From NCBI GenBank assembly GCA_041740355.1, contig JBGSMD010000026.1, forward strand, positions 1-64,000: DNA of 64,000 nt. The letters are read 5' to 3'. Made by a program: the position numbers and the translations under genes. The notes beneath the pieces were generated by a model that saw only the letters and a program-made list of their open reading frames with translations, did not search any database and was not told the origin of the DNA. Every line of letters starts with the position of its first letter. Position 1 is the first letter of the stretch. This DNA comes from Bdellovibrionota bacterium. Its GTDB lineage: Bacteria; Bdellovibrionota_C; UBA2361; CALJRW01. Of the stretch, positions 18,849 through 29,739 are shown piece after piece.

Positions 18849-20393
18849 ATGGCAATTGACGCTGATGAAATAAACAAGATCCTCAAGGATAAAATTCAGA
18901 ACTACACTAGCGCCCAAGAATTAAGCGAAACTGGTACAATTATTTCCGTATCAGATGGTGTGGGAAAAGTTCATGGTCTGCGAAACGTAGTACTAGGTGA
19001 ACTAGTAGTAATCGCTGACGGAATCAAAGGTATCGCTCTTAGTTTAGAAGAAGACTCCGTAGGGGTTGTAATCATGGGGGAAACACGTGAAGTAAAAGAA
19101 GGGGACACTGTTAAACGTACAGGTAAGATCGCTGAAGCTCCCGTGGGAGAACCAATGATTGGACGTGTGGTGGATGCCTTAGGAAATGCTATTGATGGAC
19201 TAGGTGAAATCACTGGTACAGAACTTCGTAAGATTGAAATTAAAGCTCCCGGTATCGTTAAAAGAAAAAGCGTTAACCAACCAATGCAAACAGGGATTAA
19301 AGCAATCGATGCCATGATTCCAATCGGACGTGGTCAGCGTGAGTTGATTATTGGTGACCGTAAAACTGGTAAGACTGCTGTAGCAATTGACACAATCATT
19401 AACCAAATCGGAACTGGCGTTATTTGTATTTACGTAGCTATCGGGCAAAAGCGTTCTTCTGTTGCTCAAGTAGTAAACAAATTAAGAGAAGCCGGCGCAA
19501 TGGAACACACAATCGTAGTTTGTGCTTCAGCCTCTGAGCCAGCTCCAATGTCATTCCTTGCTCCATTTACTGGTTGCACTATGGGTGAATATTTCATGGA
19601 AAGAGGACAACATGCTTTAATCATTTATGATGATTTATCAAAGCATGCTCAAGCTTACAGAAGTATGAGCTTACTTCTTAGACGCCCACCAGGACGTGAA
19701 GCATATCCAGGTGACGTGTTCTATCTTCACTCTCGATTACTTGAGCGTGCTGCTAAATTAAGTGACGAAATGGGTGGTGGATCTTTAACAGCTCTTCCAA
19801 TCATTGAAACACAAGAAGGTGACGTATCTGCCTACATCCCAACAAACGTAATTTCAATTACTGATGGTCAGATTTACTTAGAGTCAGAATTATTCCACTC
19901 AGGTATTCGCCCAGCGGTTAACGTTGGTCTTTCTGTATCAAGGGTAGGTGGATCGGCTCAAGTAAAAGCAATGAAAAAGATTGCTGGTACTCTTCGTATC
20001 AACTTAGCTCAGTTCCGTGAAATGCAAGCTTTCGCTCAGTTTGGATCAGACTTAGATGACGCCACTCTTTCTCAGCTAAAAAGAGGGGAAAGACTTGTGG
20101 AAATCTTAAAACAAGATCAGTACGTACCAATGCCAGTTGCCTATCAGATTATTTCTATCTTAGCGGTAAGTAATGGTCACTGTGATAAGTTGGCTCTAAG
20201 CGAAATTAAAGCTTTCGAAGTAGGCTTACATCAACACTTGGCTGCTAATCATGCTGATACTGTTAAAAAACTTGCTGATACTGGTAGCTTTGATGGTGGA
20301 GTAGATACTCAACTAAATGATTTAATCGGAAGTTTTGTAACTCAGTTCCGATCAGCTTCTAACTATCAGAATGCTGGAGCAACTGTTCAGTAA
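18849..20393 (+). CDS. atpA: ATP synthase F1 subunit alpha
   Basis: [28 protein letters not shown]. Confidence 0.99.
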   Translation: MAIDADEINKILKDKIQNYTSAQELSETGTIISVSDGVGKVHGLRNVVLGELVVIADGIKGIALSLEEDSVGVVIMGETREVKEGDTVKRTGKIAEAPVGEPMIGRVVDALGNAIDGLGEITGTELRKIEIKAPGIVKRKSVNQPMQTGIKAIDAMIPIGRGQRELIIGDRKTGKTAVAIDTIINQIGTGVICIYVAIGQKRSSVAQVVNKLREAGAMEHTIVVCASASEPAPMSFLAPFTGCTMGEYFMERGQHALIIYDDLSKHAQAYRSMSLLLRRPPGREAYPGDVFYLHSRLLERAAKLSDEMGGGSLTALPIIETQEGDVSAYIPTNVISITDGQIYLESELFHSGIRPAVNVGLSVSRVGGSAQVKAMKKIAGTLRINLAQFREMQAFAQFGSDLDDATLSQLKRGERLVEILKQDQYVPMPVAYQIISILAVSNGHCDKLALSEIKAFEVGLHQHLAANHADTVKKLADTGSFDGGVDTQLNDLIGSFVTQFRSASNYQNAGATVQ

Positions 20394-20407
20394 TATTGAA
20401 CAGTAAA

Positions 20408-20432
20408 TAGTCGAGGCGAATAGCCTCGACTA
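20408..20432. other. Intergenic hairpin after atpA
   Basis: TAGTCGAGGC-GAATA-GCCTCGACTA, perfect 10-bp stem with no U-tract. Confidence 0.7.
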
Positions 20433-20435
20433 ACC

Positions 20436-20466
20436 CTTGCCTCGTCGAAGCTTTAGCGAAGGCGGG
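20436..20466 (-). repeat. REP-like element
   Basis: Reverse complement CCCGCCTTCGCTAAAGCTTCGACGAGGCAAG matches 62122-62153. Confidence 0.75.
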
Positions 20467-20483
20467 TTTTAGAATAAATACCA

Positions 20484-21377
20484 ATGGCTGGATTAAAAGA
20501 AATTAATATCCGAATCAAATCGGTAAAGAACACTAAGAAGATCACTTATGCGATGAAGCTTGTGTCGGCCACCAAGATGCGTGGAGCACAAGACGCTGTT
20601 GCTCGTTCTCGTGAATACAGCAATGCTCTTAAGAAATTACTTTCCGGGGTTCTCTCTGCTACTGATGTTTCTGAACTTACTCATCCCTTATTGGAACAAC
20701 GCACAATTAATAAAATCAAACTGATCGTAGTAGGTGCTAGCCGTGGACTTTGCGGAGCTTATAACTCGAACATTAACAAGGCGATTACTGCTTTCACTAA
20801 AGAGCAGAAAGAAAAAAATCCTAATGTTAAAATTGAAGCAGTGCTTTTAGGTTCTAAACTTGCTGAATTCTATCAACGTGAAAAAAACAAAGATTTCGAA
20901 TGTTATAAAGATTTACCAGAAAGTGTGTCTAATTGGCCGCTAGATGAGATTTGCAAACAAGCAGAAGTTGAATTTCTAAATGGTGATGTTGATGCGGTGT
21001 ATTTAATTTACACTCATTTCAAATCAGCACTTACAATGACTGCTACAGTTACTCAGTTATTACCAATTACTTTAGATCAACTAATGGCTAAAGTTGCAGA
21101 AACTAATACTGCGACAAGCAAGTCACAAACGAAATTTGAACCCTCCAGTGACGAAGTTTTTGCAGCATTACTTCCAAGACTTACAAGAATCTCTTTAAGA
21201 CAAGGAGCTCTTGATGCTAAGGCCAGTGAACACGCTAGCCGAATGACAGCGATGGATAACGCGACTAGAAATGCTGGAGATTTAATTGAAGGTTTAACAC
21301 TTACTTACAACAAACTAAGACAGGCTGGTATTACTGGTGAAATCTTAGACATTGTTGGTGGTGCGAACGCGGTATAG
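20484..21377 (+). CDS. atpG: ATP synthase F1 subunit gamma
   Basis: KITYAMKLVS, RGLCGAYN, LRQAGITGEILDIVGGA. Confidence 0.98.
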   Translation: MAGLKEINIRIKSVKNTKKITYAMKLVSATKMRGAQDAVARSREYSNALKKLLSGVLSATDVSELTHPLLEQRTINKIKLIVVGASRGLCGAYNSNINKAITAFTKEQKEKNPNVKIEAVLLGSKLAEFYQREKNKDFECYKDLPESVSNWPLDEICKQAEVEFLNGDVDAVYLIYTHFKSALTMTATVTQLLPITLDQLMAKVAETNTATSKSQTKFEPSSDEVFAALLPRLTRISLRQGALDAKASEHASRMTAMDNATRNAGDLIEGLTLTYNKLRQAGITGEILDIVGGANAV

Positions 21378-21403
21378 GTAAATAATTAATTTAATATATA
21401 ATT

Positions 21404-22987
<1,584 letters not shown>

Positions 22988-22992
22988 TGGTA

Positions 22993-23066
22993 ATTCTCCC
23001 CTTTTGCGATGCACAGCATAGTTGAAGTTAACATTCACTATCTCAGGCATCACAAAAGGGGAGAAT
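22993..23066. repeat. 74-bp intergenic hairpin between atpD and atpC
   Basis: ATTCTCCCCTTTTGCGATGC ... GCATCACAAAAGGGGAGAAT (19/20 complementary) plus an inner stem. Confidence 0.75.
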
Positions 23067-23112
23067 AAATTTTTAGTTATATTTAGTTTCGCTAAAATTT
23101 TTTGAAAAATTT

Positions 23113-23520
23113 ATGAACGATTTCTTTAAGATTAAAGTTGTTACTCCCGACGGCCTAGAAGTCGAAGCGGAAACAAATGAAGTAACGCTCGAAACTTCCA
23201 AAGGACAGATCACAATCCTACCATCCCACATTACCTATACTTCTCTTTTAGGTTCAGGGATTCTAAATTTCACTGACAGACAAAACAAGAAGCACCAGTT
23301 CGTAACCTGCAACGGATTCTGTAATTTCTTAGAAGATTCAATTATCATCCTTACTGACTATGTTGATCATGCTGAAGGCTTAAACTCTACTGATATCAAC
23401 GCTAAAATCAAAGACCTAGAAGCAAAACTTGGAACGTTAAATCTTAGAGAACCAGAAGCTCAGATGCACACAGAATCACTAGCAAGATACAGAGCACAGT
23501 TGGATTTAATTAGTCATTAA
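23113..23520 (+). CDS. atpC: ATP synthase F1 subunit epsilon
   Basis: IKVVTPDG, GQITILPSH, operon position. Confidence 0.93.
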   Translation: MNDFFKIKVVTPDGLEVEAETNEVTLETSKGQITILPSHITYTSLLGSGILNFTDRQNKKHQFVTCNGFCNFLEDSIIILTDYVDHAEGLNSTDINAKIKDLEAKLGTLNLREPEAQMHTESLARYRAQLDLISH

Positions 23521-23527
23521 AAATTGC

Positions 23528-23818
23528 ATGGCCCCAAAAAAGGATTTAAATAAAAACAAACTTAACTGGAAAGTTTGTTTAAATTGTAAATTCGAGGGAG
23601 AGTTTAACCAAATTAAAGGACTGGTTTGGCTGATAAATTACTTAACATTCTTTCATCCTATCTTCTCAGAAGATGATAACTACTACAAATGCCCAAAGTG
23701 CAAACACAGGCAAAAATCTAACACCAAAGACGATTCATTCACACATATAATGATTGCTTGTTCACTCATCTTCCTAATTGGTATCGTTGTTATCTGGATG
23801 GATGTATTTTTGTTCTAA
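23528..23818 (+). CDS. Small zinc-ribbon membrane protein
   Basis: CLNC...CPKC and a C-terminal TM helix. Confidence 0.6.
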   Translation: MAPKKDLNKNKLNWKVCLNCKFEGEFNQIKGLVWLINYLTFFHPIFSEDDNYYKCPKCKHRQKSNTKDDSFTHIMIACSLIFLIGIVVIWMDVFLF

Positions 23819-23926
23819 ACATTTCATTAATCATCATGATAAGTGACTGATTTTAAATTATTTACGATCTGAGGTATTCCTAATTACTTTTTACAGTAGT
23901 TAAAGATTTAAATTATATTGATCTCC

Positions 23927-24320
23927 ATGAATACTTGCAATAATTTTCCAAAACTAGGGCCAATTATTATTGGAACTGCTGATATTGAACGAGCAAAGAA
24001 ATTTTATATTGCTGTTTTTGGCTTAATTATTGAAAGAGAAGACTTGCATTATGTTAGTGCCCGAGGCAAAGACGGAACCCATATAGAATTAGAAGAAGAT
24101 TCTGCCGACAGATTTCCTAACTGGAAAGAAAGAAACATTGGAACATACAAAAACAGCGAATTTTTTGTTTCTGATATTAATCTTTTCTTAAAAACCTTAG
24201 TTAAAAATGGGGGGTCAAATAATCAGCAATCCTGTAATAAGACCTTGGGGAGACATGGCAGCAGAATTTGCCGATCCAGATGGTAATATTTTTTTGATTA
24301 GCCAGAAGTTGCCTGTATAG
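23927..24320 (+). pseudogene. VOC/glyoxalase family gene with a one-base frameshift
   Basis: DIERAKKFY...FG N-terminus. Removing one G from the G6 run at 24209-24214 restores NGGQIISNPVIRPWGDMAAEFADPDGNIFLISQ to TAG at 24320. Confidence 0.85.
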
Positions 24321-24336
24321 CGCTTACAAGTGGGCG

Positions 24337-24612
24337 CTACCCGATCTTCCTTCTTAAACTAGCCAACTCTTTCTCAATCTTATCTAATCGCCGATTAGAA
24401 TCATCAACCTTAACTAGTCCCGATTTAAGAATTTGATTTAAAAGTCTCTGATAGGGAACGCCGGTATTCTGTGACTGATTTTTTAATTCCAGAAGTGATT
24501 CGGCATCAATATTAATAGTAATTTTTACAGACTTAGCACGCTGAACATTTAAGCGAATTTCCTTCGTTAATTTCCTATTATCTACAAGGCTACTTAGTTT
24601 TGGTTTTTTCAT
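24337..24612 (-). CDS. BrnA/CopG-like antitoxin
   Basis: KITINID...LK......GVPYQRLLNQIL ribbon-helix-helix pattern; overlaps the toxin gene; likely start MKKPKL at 24612. Confidence 0.85.
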   Translation of the reverse strand: MKKPKLSSLVDNRKLTKEIRLNVQRAKSVKITINIDAESLLELKNQSQNTGVPYQRLLNQILKSGLVKVDDSNRRLDKIEKELASLRRKIG

Positions 24613-24871
24613 GATAGTACTCTTTATATTCTCGCCATTCTGCACAACCAAAAATTCTAATCTTATCCTCACGCCATGTAAATCTAGTAGTTAAGATTAC
24701 TCCCTTACTAGATTTGCCAATCCAATAAAATCGTTCTTCGATACTAGAATGTTTTTTATCTTCTAGCACAAAACCAAATGGATCTTTAAATGAGTCAACT
24801 GCTTCGGAAAAGGAAAACCTATGTTTCCTAACATTAGCAATTTCTTTGTCCAAATCCCATTCAAATATCAT
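24590..24871 (-). CDS. brnT: BrnT family toxin (DUF497)
   Basis: FEWD..K...N..KH..SF.EA...F.DP, H...EERF..IG, IRI. Confidence 0.9.
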   Translation of the reverse strand: MIFEWDLDKEIANVRKHRFSFSEAVDSFKDPFGFVLEDKKHSSIEERFYWIGKSSKGVILTTRFTWREDKIRIFGCAEWREYKEYYHEKTKTK

Positions 24872-24946
24872 TTAAACTTTACCATATTTATACATATAGA
24901 TCCATATTTAATATTCTACGAAACAAATATTAGCGAGAACACAGAC

Positions 24947-25794
24947 TTGATATCGCACATTGCAGTATTAAGTTGTCTTGATAGGTGAATAGGGGGATCG
25001 TGGCAGAAAGCCTTGGTAAAATGTGTTGCAACCTATACAACTTGAGGTCACAATATGTGACTTCAAGTTGTTAACTTTTTGAATTGATTATTAAAATATC
25101 AAATCTTCAGAAAATTTGAGATCACAGTTTGAGATTTCAAAGAATGAATCGAAGCAAATGGATTTCCTGATTAATATTTTGCGTCCCTTTCTGATCCGCC
25201 TTACTCATCATCGTGTCGAGAAAATCCCAATTTTCGCTTTTTCGGCTCGGGGACTTGTTCAAGTTGTGAAATTAGAAATCTAATTTCTTGCAATTCTTCA
25301 GAGTGATGAGCAAAGCCTTTAGCTACTTTCAGTTCTAAAGTGTGAAGCCTGTTCTTCAAATCAGAATGTTCGTAAGCAATTTCCTTTAACTTAATAAATA
25401 CTCGAACTAACATAATACTGGCATCAATTGCGATTTCACTATTTAAGACATTTGCCGCCATAACTGCACCATACTCAGTGAATACCCTTGGAGGTTTTCT
25501 TCTTCCACCATGGAGCGAACTTGATATCGCAAATTGCGATATCAAGTCTCTAAACTCTTGAAATGACGATAGAAACATGAAATCACTTGGAAATCTTTTG
25601 ATGTTCCGACTGACTTGTTCATTAAGTCGCATGGTACTAACCCCATATAGCTTCGCAAGATCACTATCTAAAATAACCCTTTGACCTTTAACTATAATAA
25701 TCTTTGATTCAATTTGCTGTGACATTCCAACTAATATCGGGAGTATAAACCAAGAGTTGCGTCGAATGTTTGAGATCCCAAATTGGGATCTCAA
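24947..25794. repeat. Five copies of a 25-bp palindrome TTGANNTCNCA-NNN-TGNGANNTCAA
   Basis: Copies at 24947, 25042, 25116, 25521 (inside the CDS) and 25770. Confidence 0.9.
25201..25725 (-). CDS. ORF6N domain DNA-binding protein
   Basis: GQRVILDSDLAKLYGV...LNEQVSRNIKRFPSDFMF...GGRRKPPRVFTEYG...ANVLNS; likely start MSQQIESK at 25725. Confidence 0.92.
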   Translation of the reverse strand: MSQQIESKIIIVKGQRVILDSDLAKLYGVSTMRLNEQVSRNIKRFPSDFMFLSSFQEFRDLISQFAISSSLHGGRRKPPRVFTEYGAVMAANVLNSEIAIDASIMLVRVFIKLKEIAYEHSDLKNRLHTLELKVAKGFAHHSEELQEIRFLISQLEQVPEPKKRKLGFSRHDDE

Positions 25795-26099
25795 GTTTGT
25801 ATGTTTCTGAGAGGGTTATTAAAAGAAGTTAATAATATGAGATATTGAAACGATGAAACGTAAGGCAAATACTTCTGCCGCCCCCTCGAAGTTGATGTAA
25901 TGTGCAAAATAACAAAATTTACTTCCTTACTTTCACATACCCGTTTCTTTGTGTTCTATAAAGTGAAATCAGAAGAAATGAAACTCTACGAGCTAACGGA
26001 ATAACATTTCCTAGCGTTATCATCAGAATAATAGGTATTTGCAGGTGCACAATATTACTCTAAAATGAGACTAGCTTAAATTTAATAATCCTTAAAAAC

Positions 26100-26942
26100 A
26101 TGCAATTAAAATTATTCCCCACACTAATCACACTACTACTAGCCTTATCTCAGCCAGTGGCGATGTATGCGGACAGTTGCATGCCAAAGAGCATCAGAAC
26201 CTCTGGCCAAAACAAGATATACAAAAAGAATAAGGAATTAATCAAAGAGTCTTGCCTTGATACTGAGAAACGCAAACAATGTTTAAATAAAAAGTTAAAT
26301 AATTATTGTGCCGTTTTCTTTGATTCAGACGCTTCGAAGGTTTCAAAAGATCGAGACCTTGATGGGTTAAAAAAAGCTAAAGACAACTGTCCCTACATTG
26401 AAAATCGTGACCAATTAGATACAGATAATGATGGTAGAGGTGATGTTTGTTTTTGCGATTCTCAAGGCGATGGTGGAATTATCTATTCAGACGTTCAATT
26501 TCTAGAATTTGGTGAGCCAACTACTTCAATTGACACCGTTCAAGATGATGACTGTGATGGTGACTCCGGAACATTCGATCCTGAGCCATTTTCAGATAAC
26601 CACGTTAATTTCACACTTACTAACTCCTTTGGAATTGCTGCTTCATTTGCTACTTTTGGGTACAGGATTAAGAACCTAGATGGTGACACAGAATATCAAA
26701 CTGACGCATATGAACTTAATACTCCTCTAACTCTTGCTGGAAATTGTGCCGCTACAAACGAAACCTTAATTTTGCTATCCGAATTAGACGGAATTAAATA
26801 TATCCTTGGCGCAACGCTTCCAGAATCCCTAATTGGTTTCAAAGAAATTGAATTAGAGTTAAGGGGAAACTTAGCTAATGGACAGGCTATTTATATTCAG
26901 AAATCCGTTAATGTTAGTTTTGGCGATTTCAACAATTGTTAA
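26100..26942 (+). CDS. Secreted protein with thrombospondin type-3 (Ca-binding) repeat
   Basis: Signal peptide; DNCPYIENRDQLDTDNDGRGDVC. Confidence 0.8.
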   Translation: MQLKLFPTLITLLLALSQPVAMYADSCMPKSIRTSGQNKIYKKNKELIKESCLDTEKRKQCLNKKLNNYCAVFFDSDASKVSKDRDLDGLKKAKDNCPYIENRDQLDTDNDGRGDVCFCDSQGDGGIIYSDVQFLEFGEPTTSIDTVQDDDCDGDSGTFDPEPFSDNHVNFTLTNSFGIAASFATFGYRIKNLDGDTEYQTDAYELNTPLTLAGNCAATNETLILLSELDGIKYILGATLPESLIGFKEIELELRGNLANGQAIYIQKSVNVSFGDFNNC

Positions 26943-27159
26943 TTGTTTAAGCCTGGCTCAGTAAAATAAGGTTCAAATAGTATGGGGATGAAAGCTTAAC
27001 CTAGTGCCACGCTTCCTCCTCCTCAAGCAACTTGGCACAAATAGCCCCCTGTAGTTTTATAACATCTCTGATTTTGTCTGAATTAAATCGATCTCTTATC
27101 AGAACACTAGATAGATCTCTAGACTCCCAGCCTGAAGTCTAGATTTTGGATAAGTGGAA

Positions 27160-28125
27160 CTATAACCGATGCTCAATCAAGTGATGAAGTAGCGGTAGCC
27201 TTGGAGGAAACAACCCTGCTGGATATTTCTCTGAAAAGTCACCCCCTAATATCTTTTGATAGATCTCATTTGCCTCTTCACAAATTATCTTGGCATAGTT
27301 AATAAATTGCCTTCTTAATGTCCTATTGCCTGAAATACACCACATCTTCCTACCAGTGCGCTTAGATCTGTACTTTAAATCAATCCCTTGATTCTCAAGC
27401 TTCGATCTTCCCATAAATGATTTCTTTTCTTCCCAGATAGCTAACTGAGTTTCGATAATCATTTTGTGAATTGATTTATTAATCTCATTTACTTCTTTAA
27501 GATCTTTAATATTAAAAGCTTTCATCCAACCATTGGGGCTCAATTCAAGGTTGCCTCTGGCAGGATTATCCTTAGTTAGTAGATTCTTGATCTTTTGAAA
27601 GAACTGAAAGCCTTTGTCTTGGCGTAATTCGAATAGCGAATCTCTAGTAATGTAATTACATTTAATATTTGGAGTATTAGCTTGGTAATTATCCCAAGAA
27701 GATAATCCTGGATACTTATTAATAGACTCTATTAGTCCATCCTTTACTGGATTAGTGTACAGGTAATTAATCTTACTAATTACATCTTCTCTAGTTAATA
27801 AGGCAGGAGAATCATACCTCTCGCACCAGACGGTTCTTTTGGTTCTACCAAGGATTCTGTTTAAGTAATGTGCTGATTCTGTTTTAAAGCGTTCCATGAA
27901 CTTGGGAAGATCTTCAGGATTATCAATCCTGACTATCATGTGAATATGAGTTCCGTTTACGATAAAATGATTGATTTCGAGTGGATGGTGCTTAAAGGCA
28001 CGGATTAATGCTGCCTTTAGTAAGAACTTAACTAAGGGATTAGCTGGAAGCATAATTCCTTCTTCCACGCTTAGCGTTACGAAGTAGACTTTGTTGTTAA
28101 GAATTAATTTACGAAGACGGGGCAT
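27160..28125 (-). mobile_element. HUH Y1 transposase, REP-associated (RAYT-like)
   Basis: MPR...VYFVT, THIHMIV (HUH), VWCERY, YLYTNPVKDGL, YPGLSSW. Confidence 0.88.
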
Positions 28126-28409
28126 AAAACTAGTCAATATTTTTACAATATTGAGCTATCGAAGATACAGGACTGAAGTTGTTCTAAAATTCTTATAAAG
28201 TTGCGTGGCACAAGATGGAAGATGGGAACTACAGGGAGGGAGAGAGACAACAACAAGCCTGCTATTATCAAAATTGTTTGATAAACAAATTGTTAAAGCA
28301 TTATTTTACTATTCATCGTTCAACATACTCCTTGGAATCTCAAATCTCATAGGTTATATTATTTGCCCTAAACAAACCGCATCGACTAAGTGTAAGTGAG
28401 TAAAATAAT

Positions 28410-29495
28410 GTGAAAAAATTATTAAATATTTTTATTAGTGTAGTTTTACTTTTGATACCAATTAATACTTTTGCCGAATCAGAAAAGTGTAAGATTGCGG
28501 TAATCATTCCCCTTTCTGGACAGGTGGCTTCACTGGGGAATTACGTAAAAAAGGGGATTGATTTAGCACTTGAAGAATTACCAATAGATCAAAAAAACAA
28601 ACTAGAAGTAATCTATGAAGATGATCAGTTCAATCCCGTAAAAACTATTAGTATTTATCGACAACTAAAAAGTACTAAGAACATTAATGCCGTTTTCGTT
28701 TTGGGATCTCCTACAGCGAATGCACTTGTACCAATCACTGAAGCAGATAAAACTTTGCTGGTTGCTATTGGGGCCTCTGATCCTACAATTGCAGTAGGCA
28801 AAGAATATTCCTTTATCCACTGGGTAATTCCCCAAGTGCTGGGAGAAAAATTAGCTGCTGAACTTGTCAGAAAAAAATTTCAAAGGATAGCTTTTGTCGC
28901 GGGAGAAGTTTCCGGAGCTATTGCTGATGTGGGTGCTGCAATTGAAGCTTTAGATAAAAAAGGCAAAAAGGATTCAGTTGTTTATCAACAGAATTTTATG
29001 AAAGATATTACCGATTACCGTAGTGAACTTTTAAAATTACGTCAGAACAAAGCTGATGCTGTGGTTGCCGTATTATTTCCGGGGGCACTATCATCTTTTG
29101 CCAAACAATTTAGTGAGATGAAAATTCCAGCAGAACTAATTGGAATGGAAACTTTTGAAGATGAGGCCGAAGTTAAAGCTGCAAATGGTGCGCTGTTAGG
29201 AACTTGGTATGTAAATGCTTCTAATAGCACTTCTGATTTTACTAAGTTATATCAAAAGAAATATAACGAATATCCAGGATGGGCGACGGGCAATAGCTAC
29301 GACTCATTAAAATTAATCGCCTCTGGAGTAAAAGAACTTGGATTTGATAATCATGCGATTAGAGACTCCTTGCGTAATCTTAAGGATTATCAAGGTGCCG
29401 CTGGAATCTATTCAGCTTCTGGGGATAATCGCTTTACTTTACCAGCTTCACTTAAAAGGGTGACAGAGAAGGGGTTTGAAGATTATGAACCCTAA
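28410..29495 (+). CDS. LivJ/K-type periplasmic substrate-binding protein (no permease nearby)
   Basis: Signal peptide; IAVIIPLSG..A..G, YEDDQFNP, YQGAAG. Confidence 0.88.
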   Translation: MKKLLNIFISVVLLLIPINTFAESEKCKIAVIIPLSGQVASLGNYVKKGIDLALEELPIDQKNKLEVIYEDDQFNPVKTISIYRQLKSTKNINAVFVLGSPTANALVPITEADKTLLVAIGASDPTIAVGKEYSFIHWVIPQVLGEKLAAELVRKKFQRIAFVAGEVSGAIADVGAAIEALDKKGKKDSVVYQQNFMKDITDYRSELLKLRQNKADAVVAVLFPGALSSFAKQFSEMKIPAELIGMETFEDEAEVKAANGALLGTWYVNASNSTSDFTKLYQKKYNEYPGWATGNSYDSLKLIASGVKELGFDNHAIRDSLRNLKDYQGAAGIYSASGDNRFTLPASLKRVTEKGFEDYEP

Positions 29496-29739
29496 ATGCA
29501 TGCGTTCCAAATTAACGAGACCATTTGTAACCACACCTCTCTTGATAATAGTTCATTAAGACCCATCCTATTAAAAATCCTAGAATCGTAAACTTGGATA
29601 TCAGCAGATTTTTACCCTCATATATCTAACTATTAAACTTCAAACAGGAAGTTTTTTGATTATTTTGGCTACTAAAAGATGAACTATTTATTGACTTAAC
29701 ACCTAGAATCCTTATTAATAGAACGGCTTTATATTTCAA

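Noticed and set aside
24882-24910. CCATATTTA direct repeat and near-palindrome upstream of brnT as an antitoxin operator
   Set aside because: Plausible, but short and AT-rich, so not distinguishable from chance
24947-25140. CRISPR array interpretation of the palindrome copies
   Set aside because: Repeats differ at many positions, spacing is irregular (95 and 74 bp), one copy is coding, and there are no cas genes
25726-25794. N-terminal extension of ORF6N from TTG 25794
   Set aside because: This start is the first codon of the upstream palindrome. ATG 25725 has a GGA just upstream and matches where the domain begins, although the in-frame position is noted in the findings.
28205-28399. 64-aa ORF upstream of the transposase
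   Set aside because: No motif or RBS; overlaps the probable regulatory/end region
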